A stretch of 34,593 nucleotides of DNA. It comes from Bacillota bacterium (GTDB lineage: Bacteria > Bacillota > Dehalobacteriia > UBA4068). Below the pieces are notes generated by a model. The model saw only the letters and a list, made by a program, of their open reading frames with translations. It did no database searches and was not told the DNA's origin. Both the position numbers and the translations under genes were made by a program. Position 1 is the first letter of the stretch. The number at the start of each line of letters is the position of its first letter. The stretch lies in NCBI GenBank assembly GCA_017531315.1, contig JAFXLH010000081.1:1-34593 (forward strand), in the 5' to 3' direction. Shown in pieces: positions 28,074 to 34,593 of the stretch.

Positions 28074-28101
28074 GGCATGCTCCTGTTCCGGAGCCGCTCA
28101 C

Positions 28102-29013
28102 TTAGAATTCGCCGATCATCTTTACTTCCGGTTCCAGCTTGAAGCCGGTATTGGCAAAGACGCGCTGCTGCACCTCTTCGATCACGCCGCGCACATCGGC
28201 CGCCGTAGCACCGCCCAGGTTGACGATGAAGTTGCCGTGCTTGACGGAGACCTGCGCGTTACCCACACGCAGACCGCGCAGGCCGGTCACTTCCACCAGT
28301 CGGCCGGCATGGTCGCCCTCCGGATTGCGGAAGACGCTGCCGCAGCTGGGGAATTCCAGCGGCTGCTTGAGGCAGCGCTGCTGATTGTAGTGGCGGATCT
28401 GCGCCAGCGACTCTTCACGCGGGCAGGCGGGCAGCTGAAGCGTGACATTGGCCACGATGGCGGGCACATCGAACAGATTGCTGTTGCGATAGGCAAAAGT
28501 GAGCTCTTCGGCCCCAATAGTTCTTTTGTGACCATTATATTCCACCACTTCGATGGCGGTGACCAGCGGGCCGATATTGTAGCCGTAAGCGCCGGCATTC
28601 ATGCGTACCGCGCCGCCGATGCTGCCGGGGATACCGCCGGCAAAAGCCAGACCGCCCAGCGAGCGCTCAGCCGCTTCGATGGCCAGGCGCGGCAGCAGAA
28701 CACCAGCCCCGGCGGTAACGGTATCGCCCAGCCAGCGGGTGCCGGTGAGGCAGTTGGCGGTGCGGATGACCGCGCCGCGGATGCCCTTATCCCCTACCAG
28801 CAGATTGCTGCCATTGCCGATGGCGATCCACGGCAGGTCGTGTTCGTGCAGGTAGGCCATGATGGCGGCCAGCTCGTCGGTATCCGCCGGCTGCAGCAGC
28901 AGGTCGGCCGGGCCGCCGATCTTCCACGTGGTATAGCTGCTCATCGGCGCATCTACCAGCACCGGAGCCTTGGTCAGAAGCTGCAGTTGCTGGGCATATT
29001 GCTGTTTATCCAT
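28102..29013 (-). CDS. murB: UDP-N-acetylmuramate dehydrogenase
   Basis: 'TTWKIGGPAD', 'GNGSNLL', 'GIPGSIGGAVRMNAGAYG', 'QPLEFPSCGSVFRNP', 'LEPEV'; start ATG 29013 with AGGAG. Confidence 0.96.
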   Translation of the reverse strand: MDKQQYAQQLQLLTKAPVLVDAPMSSYTTWKIGGPADLLLQPADTDELAAIMAYLHEHDLPWIAIGNGSNLLVGDKGIRGAVIRTANCLTGTRWLGDTVTAGAGVLLPRLAIEAAERSLGGLAFAGGIPGSIGGAVRMNAGAYGYNIGPLVTAIEVVEYNGHKRTIGAEELTFAYRNSNLFDVPAIVANVTLQLPACPREESLAQIRHYNQQRCLKQPLEFPSCGSVFRNPEGDHAGRLVEVTGLRGLRVGNAQVSVKHGNFIVNLGGATAADVRGVIEEVQQRVFANTGFKLEPEVKMIGEF

Positions 29014-29023
29014 AGTTTTTCTC

Positions 29024-30436
29024 CTAATTATCCTTTTGCAGTACATGGGCGGCAAAGCCTTCCGCCGCCTGGCGGATATTGCCCGCGCCCATCACCAGCA
29101 CCAGATCGCCGGGCTGAGCCAGCGTCTTCAGCTGCTCCACCACGGCAAAAATATCCGGCGCATAGTGCATCTTGTCGAAGCCCTGCTGCGCGGCGGTGTC
29201 GATGATCAGCCGCGCGTCCACGCCGGGGATCGGCGGTTCGAAGGCCGGGTAGATCTCATTTACCACCACCAGATCCGCCTCGGCCAGCGCCGCGGCAAAT
29301 TCGCGGTAATGCGCCTGCGTGCGGGTGTAGCGATGCGGCTGGAATACCGCCAGCAATCGCTTGGGCGCACAGCCGCGCGCCGCACGGATGGTAGCGGCGA
29401 TCTCCGTGGGATGGTGGGCATAGTCGTCGATGACGCGGATCTCGTCCGTTTTCGCCAGCTCTTCGAAGCGGCGGCCGGTGCCGGTGAAGCGGCCCAAAGC
29501 CGCAGCCGCCTCGTTGAAGCTGAGGCCCAGCTCCATGCCGACGATCAGCGCAGAGAGCGCATTGCCGATATTGTGTTCGCCGGGCAGCAGCAGCTGCAGA
29601 CGGCCGAGGAATTCTTCGCCTCTGTAAATATCCGCGCCGATGCCGCCGTTATTATGCGCCATATTTTTGGCATTGTAATCGGCCGGCTGCTGCAGGCCGT
29701 AGCTGATGCAGCGGGCAGGCGCGTCGGCCATGATCTCGCGGCAGATGGGGCAATCGGCGCACATCACGGCGAAGCCGTGCGGCGGCAGCTGCGCCACATA
29801 CTGGCGGAAGGCCTGCTTGATATGTTCAAGATCACCGTAGTGATCCAAGTGGTCGCTTTCGATATTGGTGATGACGGCGATCTCCGGATAGAGCAGCAGG
29901 AAGGTGCCGTCGCTCTCATCCGCCTCCGCCACCAGATAGGCGCCGTCGCCCGGCTTGGCATTGCTGCCGATCAGCGGCAGGATGCCGCCGATGACTACCG
30001 TGGGGTCCATGCCGCACAGCTCCAGCATCGTGGAAATCATGCCGGATACGGTGGTCTTGCCATGCGTACCGGCCACGCCGATGCCCTTGCGGGTACGCAT
30101 CAGGTAGGCCAGCAGCTCGGCGCGGCGGTATACGGGCAGACCGCGGCGGCGGGCTTCCGCCATTTCCGGGTTGGCCTCGGTGACTGCAGAAGAATAGACC
30201 ACCGCCTCCGCATCGGCAGGCAGATTCTCTGCCGCATGGCCGTAGCTGATATGCGCGCCTTCATTTTCCAGCACTTCGGTGAGGCGGCCGCGTTTCACAT
30301 CCGAGCCGCTGATGCCAAAGCCCTGCCCCAGCAAAATGCGGGCGATGGCGCTCATGCCAATGCCGCCGATGCCGATAAAATGCAGCTTCTTTTCCATATG
30401 CTTTTCGCAATGATTTTCGCTGTGCTGCTGTTCCAT
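29024..30436 (-). CDS. murC: UDP-N-acetylmuramate--L-alanine ligase
   Basis: 'HFIGIGGIGMS', 'AGTHGKTT', 'EADESD', 'DDYAHHPTE', 'FQPHRYTRT'; exact start uncertain. Confidence 0.97.
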   Translation of the reverse strand: MEQQHSENHCEKHMEKKLHFIGIGGIGMSAIARILLGQGFGISGSDVKRGRLTEVLENEGAHISYGHAAENLPADAEAVVYSSAVTEANPEMAEARRRGLPVYRRAELLAYLMRTRKGIGVAGTHGKTTVSGMISTMLELCGMDPTVVIGGILPLIGSNAKPGDGAYLVAEADESDGTFLLLYPEIAVITNIESDHLDHYGDLEHIKQAFRQYVAQLPPHGFAVMCADCPICREIMADAPARCISYGLQQPADYNAKNMAHNNGGIGADIYRGEEFLGRLQLLLPGEHNIGNALSALIVGMELGLSFNEAAAALGRFTGTGRRFEELAKTDEIRVIDDYAHHPTEIAATIRAARGCAPKRLLAVFQPHRYTRTQAHYREFAAALAEADLVVVNEIYPAFEPPIPGVDARLIIDTAAQQGFDKMHYAPDIFAVVEQLKTLAQPGDLVLVMGAGNIRQAAEGFAAHVLQKDN

Positions 30437-30459
30437 TCTTCCGCGTAGCTCCTTAAAAC

Positions 30460-31551
30460 TTACTTGACCAGATCGTAGCCGATATCGGCTATCCTTTCTG
30501 CCGCCTGTTCCGCTGCCAAAGAGCGGCTGGCCGCAGACATTTCTTTTAGTTTATCACTATTTGCCAGCAGGGGCAATACCGTGGCGGCAAGAGTTGCGCC
30601 ATTAAGCGCCTCATCTTCCACCACCACCGCCGCACCCACGGCGGCAAACTGGCGCGCATTGTAGCGCTGGTGGTCATTGGCAGCGAAGGGATAGGGCGCA
30701 AGCAGGCACGGCTTGCCTAAGTACGCCGCCTCGGCGAGGAAGGACGCCCCGGCGCGCGCGGCGATGAAGTCCGCCAGCACCAGCGCATGCTGCATCTGCT
30801 CCAGGTAAGGCAGCAGCAGCAAGTCCTCATGCTGCGGCGCGGCGGCCTTCAGCTGCTCGTAGTGGCGCTTGCCGGTAAGGTGGATGATGCGGATGCCCGA
30901 TTCGAGCAGCTCTTCGTAGCTCCCGGCGGCGGCATTGTTCAGCTTCAGCGCGCCCTGCGAGCCGCCGGTGATCAGCAGCAGCGGCTTGCCGTCAGCCGGG
31001 AAGCCGAAATATTCGCGCGCCGCCTGCACATCTGCCGCGATGATCTCGGGGCGCAGCGGCAGCCCGGTCAGGTGGTGGCGCTCCGGATGCGGGAAATGCT
31101 CTCCCGCCGCGGCAAAGGTAAGACAAACAGCAGCAGCCCGGCGCGCTAAGAAGCGATTGGCCAGGCCGGGAAAAGCATTCTGTTCGTGGATCAGCGTGGG
31201 GATGCCGAGCCCCTGCGCCGCGGAAAGCACCGGCGCGGAAACGAAGCCGCCGGTACCGATGACCAGTTGCGGCGCAAATTCTTTCAGGCGCTGCTTCGCC
31301 AGATCGCGCCCCTGCTTATCCACCGCCAGATCGCGGATGATAGCGGGGAAGCGGCGGCGCAGCCCCACCGCCGGCACGGGCACAAAGCCGAAGCCGGCAT
31401 TGGCGGCGAACTGCTGCTCCATCGAATCCGGGCAGCCCATATACAGCACCTCCGCACCGCGGCGGCGGAATTCGGCAGCGATGGCCAGCGCGGGGTAAAT
31501 ATGCCCGCCCGTACCGCCACCGGAGACAACTATACGCATACTATTACGCAT
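30460..31551 (-). CDS. murG: MurG N-acetylglucosaminyl transferase
   Basis: 'GGGTGGHIYP', 'HEQN..PGLAN', 'GGSQGA', 'RAGAS', 'DHQ..NA'; start ATG 31551 (alternatives 31560, 31539). Confidence 0.96.
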   Translation of the reverse strand: MRNSMRIVVSGGGTGGHIYPALAIAAEFRRRGAEVLYMGCPDSMEQQFAANAGFGFVPVPAVGLRRRFPAIIRDLAVDKQGRDLAKQRLKEFAPQLVIGTGGFVSAPVLSAAQGLGIPTLIHEQNAFPGLANRFLARRAAAVCLTFAAAGEHFPHPERHHLTGLPLRPEIIAADVQAAREYFGFPADGKPLLLITGGSQGALKLNNAAAGSYEELLESGIRIIHLTGKRHYEQLKAAAPQHEDLLLLPYLEQMQHALVLADFIAARAGASFLAEAAYLGKPCLLAPYPFAANDHQRYNARQFAAVGAAVVVEDEALNGATLAATVLPLLANSDKLKEMSAASRSLAAEQAAERIADIGYDLVK

Positions 31552-31552
31552 A

Positions 31553-32692
31553 TCATTCACCCCTGTTGCCCAAGCGGGAAATATTCAGCAGCAGACCGAC
31601 GATACCCAGCGAAATGACCAGCGAGGTACCGCCGTAGCTGATAAAGGGCAGCGTAACGCCGGTGACCGGCAGCACGCCCGTAACAACGCCTAAGTTGACA
31701 AAGGCCTGGAAGCCGATGCTGGCCGTAAGCCCCATCGCCGCCAGCGAGCCGTACATATCCGGCGTGCGGATGGCGATGATCATGCCGCGCCAGATAAAGA
31801 GGGCGAAGAGGACGATGATCAGCATACCGCCCAGGAAGCCCATCTCTTCTGCCCAGACGGAGAAGATGAAGTCGGTATGGCGCGCCGGCAGGTAGTACCA
31901 CTTGGAGCCGCCGCTGCCCAATCCCACGCCGGTCAGCCCGCCGTTGCCCAGCGCCATCAGCGACTGGGTGATCTGCCAGGTGGCGTCGCTGGTATAGGCG
32001 GGGTTCCACGGGTCCAGCCAGGCCATGATGCGCTCCGAGCGGTAGCCCACGGTCATGATCGCCAGCGCGATCACACCGCCGCCGCCTAAGCCCACGCCCA
32101 CTACATACTTTAAGTCCAGCCCCGCCACAAACAGCATCAGCACCCCCGCCACCGCCACGACAAAGGCGGTAGAAAGGTCGCGCTGGCCTAAGATCATGCC
32201 GGACGCCAGCACGATAGCCGCCAGCGGGTAGCCGTAGTAGCGGCCCTTCTGGTAGCGGTAGGGGTAGAACTGGCTGAGGAAAAAGGCCACCGTGAGCGGG
32301 ATGAGGAATTTGGCAAATTCCGAGGGCTGGAAGCTGAACGAGCCTACCTCCAGCCAGCGGAAAGCGCCGCCGCTGTCATCCATAGCGCCGGCATAGCGCA
32401 GCACCAGCATCAGCGTAAAGAGGCAGATCATGCAGACAAAGCCGGGCAGAGTCAGCTTCTTGATCCATTCATAGGGGAAATTGGCGGCGATAGCCATGCC
32501 GATGAAGCCGAGCAGCGCCGCAAAAGCCTGCTTCTTCAGGAAGTAGAAAGTATCGTTATAGGGATAGTAAGAGGCAAAGTACTGGCTGGCAGAAAAGACC
32601 ATAATGATACCCAGGCTGGTCAGCGCCAGGGTGATGCACAGCAGCCACCAGTCAATGCCGCCCCTATTCTTTTCTGCCGGTAATTTGTTCAA
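31553..32692 (-). CDS. ftsW: SEDS family peptidoglycan polymerase FtsW/SpoVE
   Basis: Multiple TM segments, 'GIIMVFSAS', 'FQPSEFAK', 'YLPARHTDFIFS', 'TGVTLPFISYGGTS'; TTG start at 32692, 8 nt after AGGAG. FtsW versus SpoVE cannot be settled by eye. Confidence 0.92.
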   Translation of the reverse strand: MNKLPAEKNRGGIDWWLLCITLALTSLGIIMVFSASQYFASYYPYNDTFYFLKKQAFAALLGFIGMAIAANFPYEWIKKLTLPGFVCMICLFTLMLVLRYAGAMDDSGGAFRWLEVGSFSFQPSEFAKFLIPLTVAFFLSQFYPYRYQKGRYYGYPLAAIVLASGMILGQRDLSTAFVVAVAGVLMLFVAGLDLKYVVGVGLGGGGVIALAIMTVGYRSERIMAWLDPWNPAYTSDATWQITQSLMALGNGGLTGVGLGSGGSKWYYLPARHTDFIFSVWAEEMGFLGGMLIIVLFALFIWRGMIIAIRTPDMYGSLAAMGLTASIGFQAFVNLGVVTGVLPVTGVTLPFISYGGTSLVISLGIVGLLLNISRLGNRGE

Positions 32693-32709
32693 TGCCAATT
32701 CTCCTATAT

Positions 32710-34062
32710 CTATTCTTCGGTCACGATCTGCTTGAAGCGCTCGCCGCGCACCATGTAGTTGGGGAAGGCGTCCCAGCTGGCACAGGCGGGAGAAAAGAGC
32801 AGCGTATCGCCTTCGCGGCACTCGGCCATCGCCATCCGCACCGCCGTATCAAAATCGGCCGCCAGCGCATAGCTGCCATAGCCTGCCGCATCGGCCGCCG
32901 CCTTTATCGCAGGCGCGGTGGCGCCGGTGATGATGCAGTAACGCACCTTCTCCTTCACCAGCTGCAGCAGCGGGTGGAAGTCGCTGCCTTTGTCATAGCC
33001 GCCCAGTATCATCACCAGCGGCGAAGCGAAGGCTTCGATGGCCTTGGTGGTGGAATCGGGGTTGGTGCCCTTGGAATCGTTGTAATAATCCACGCCGTTT
33101 TTGCGGCAGACGAATTCGAGACGATGCTCCACGCCGCGGAAATCGCGCAGTGTCGCCGCGATCTGTTCCGCGCTGATGCCCTGCGCCAGCGCCGCGGCAG
33201 CCGCCGCCATGGCGTTCTGCCAGTTGTGGCGACCCTTGATATATATTTCCTCTGCGCGGATAAGATGCGTGTATTCCGCGCCGCGCTTGATGCGGATATC
33301 GCCGTCACACAGCTCCAGCCCATCCTGATCCGCCGCCAGCGGAGCCAGCGAGAACCACAGCTTGCGCGCCGGGGTGAGCGCCGCGGCACGGATGCACCAC
33401 TCGTCATCCGCATTCAGCACCGCCGTATCCGCCGCCGTCTGATGGGCGAAAATTTTCGCCTTGGCGGCGAAGTACCCCTCGATATCGCCGTGGCGGTCGA
33501 GGTGGTCGGGGGTGAGGTTCAAAAAGAGCGCGGTATTGATATGCAGCTCGCGGCTGTCTTCCAGCTGAAAGCTCGAAAGCTCCGCCACCACCGAGCCGCC
33601 GAAGCCGCCCATGCGGCCCACCAGCGGCGCACCGATATTGCCGCCCAGCAGCGTAGCGCGCCCCGCCTGCCGCAGCATCAGCTCCAGCAGCGTGGTCGTG
33701 GTAGTCTTGCCATTGGTGCCGGTGATGCCGATAAAGCGCGGCGCGGCATCTGCGGTAAGATATGCCAGCTCTATCTCGCCGATGATCGGCGTTTTGGCTT
33801 CCGCCAGCTGCACCAAGAGCGGATGCGTGGGCGGGATGCCGGGGCTTTTCAGGCACAGATCGAAGGCGCCGGCGGGAATTTGCCCGCCTAAGCACATTTC
33901 TACGCCCAGAGCGGCCAGTTCTGCCGCTGCGGCGCCGAATTTTTCCGCGCTGCGGTCGTCAAACAGGGTCACCTTGCTCCCCTGCCCCACTAAATAGCGG
34001 CAGACGGCCTGCCCGGAAAGGCCGCCGCCGACCACGATAATATTTTTACCTGCCAAATCCAC
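32710..34062 (-). CDS. murD: UDP-N-acetylmuramoyl-L-alanine--D-glutamate ligase
   Basis: 'KSPGIP', 'GITGTNGKTTT', 'ELSSFQL', 'NLTPDHLDRH', 'HRLE', 'NDSKGTN', 'FSPACASWD'; GTG start at 34062 assumed. Confidence 0.97.
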   Translation of the reverse strand: MDLAGKNIIVVGGGLSGQAVCRYLVGQGSKVTLFDDRSAEKFGAAAAELAALGVEMCLGGQIPAGAFDLCLKSPGIPPTHPLLVQLAEAKTPIIGEIELAYLTADAAPRFIGITGTNGKTTTTTLLELMLRQAGRATLLGGNIGAPLVGRMGGFGGSVVAELSSFQLEDSRELHINTALFLNLTPDHLDRHGDIEGYFAAKAKIFAHQTAADTAVLNADDEWCIRAAALTPARKLWFSLAPLAADQDGLELCDGDIRIKRGAEYTHLIRAEEIYIKGRHNWQNAMAAAAAALAQGISAEQIAATLRDFRGVEHRLEFVCRKNGVDYYNDSKGTNPDSTTKAIEAFASPLVMILGGYDKGSDFHPLLQLVKEKVRYCIITGATAPAIKAAADAAGYGSYALAADFDTAVRMAMAECREGDTLLFSPACASWDAFPNYMVRGERFKQIVTEE

Positions 34063-34082
34063 TTTAAGCAGACCTTCTTTCT

Positions 34083-34593
34083 TTAGCACAAGAGCAGCGT
34101 TGCTGCCACAAATACGGCAGAAGCCGCCCAGAACGTGTAGACCACGCGCAGTTCCGACCAGCCGCCCAGTTCATAATGATGATGCAGCGGCGCCATGCGG
34201 AAAATACGCTTGCGGCGCAGCTTGAAGCTGAATACCTGCAGCATTACCGAGCAGGCTTCCAGCAGATAGAGCATACCGAAGAGCAAAAACAGCACTTCGC
34301 CGCGGCAGATCACCGCGATACCCGCCAGCGAGCCGCCCAAAGCGAGAGAACCGGTATCGCCCATGAAGACGCGCGCCGGGTGACGGTTGAAGTAGAGGAA
34401 GCCGAGGCAGCCGCCCACACCGGCCGCCGCCGCCAGAGGCCGCGCGCGCAGATCCGGCAATGTCACAGAAAGCATACCCGTCATCTGCACCACCTTGGCG
34501 GTGACTACGGCAAAGCCGGCAAAGACGCTCACCGAGACGCCGCTCGCCAGCCCGTCCAGACCGTCGGTAAGGTTGACGGCATTGACCATGCCC
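34083..34593 (-). CDS. mraY: Phospho-N-acetylmuramoyl-pentapeptide transferase, 3' part (5' end outside the window)
   Basis: 'NAVNLTDGLDGLA', 'FN.HPARVFMGDTGS', 'IFRMAPLHHHYE'. Confidence 0.96.
   Translation of the reverse strand, partial: GMVNAVNLTDGLDGLASGVSVSVFAGFAVVTAKVVQMTGMLSVTLPDLRARPLAAAAGVGGCLGFLYFNRHPARVFMGDTGSLALGGSLAGIAVICRGEVLFLLFGMLYLLEACSVMLQVFSFKLRRKRIFRMAPLHHHYELGGWSELRVVYTFWAASAVFVAATLLLC

Noticed and set aside
26775-30448. Long plus-strand ORFs opposite murA, murB and murC
   Set aside because: Shadow ORFs of well-supported minus-strand genes.

Overview
A GC-rich (roughly 60% by eye) core-chromosome window from a spore-forming Clostridia-like Firmicute. Almost all genes are on the minus strand. 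Reading in transcription order from the right end: a dcw cluster (mraY partial, murD, ftsW/spoVE, murG, murC, murB, murA, ftsQ/divIB, ftsZ, with no ftsA); codY; rel-dtd-MBL hydrolase; a His T-box riboswitch; hisS-aspS; 6S RNA; the only plus-strand gene rqcH (NFACT/FbpA); yloC-mIHF-remA-gmk-rpoZ-coaBC; a degenerate PBP and sigK; aroK; rbgA-rnhB-yraN-dxs-tlyA; nadK-argR-recN. I see no phage, transposase, CRISPR array or defence system, and no clearly new multi-gene system. The most notable points are: an actinobacterial-type IHF gene inside a Firmicute yloC-remA-gmk operon; a PBP-like protein with no possible catalytic lysine next to a sigK that seems to have a shortened pro-sequence; codY placed between ftsZ and rel; GTAG-type REP elements and an ERIC-like palindrome in intergenic junctions; and several candidate SigH, Spo0A and ArgR sites. 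All calls come from reading motifs by eye; no searches were run.
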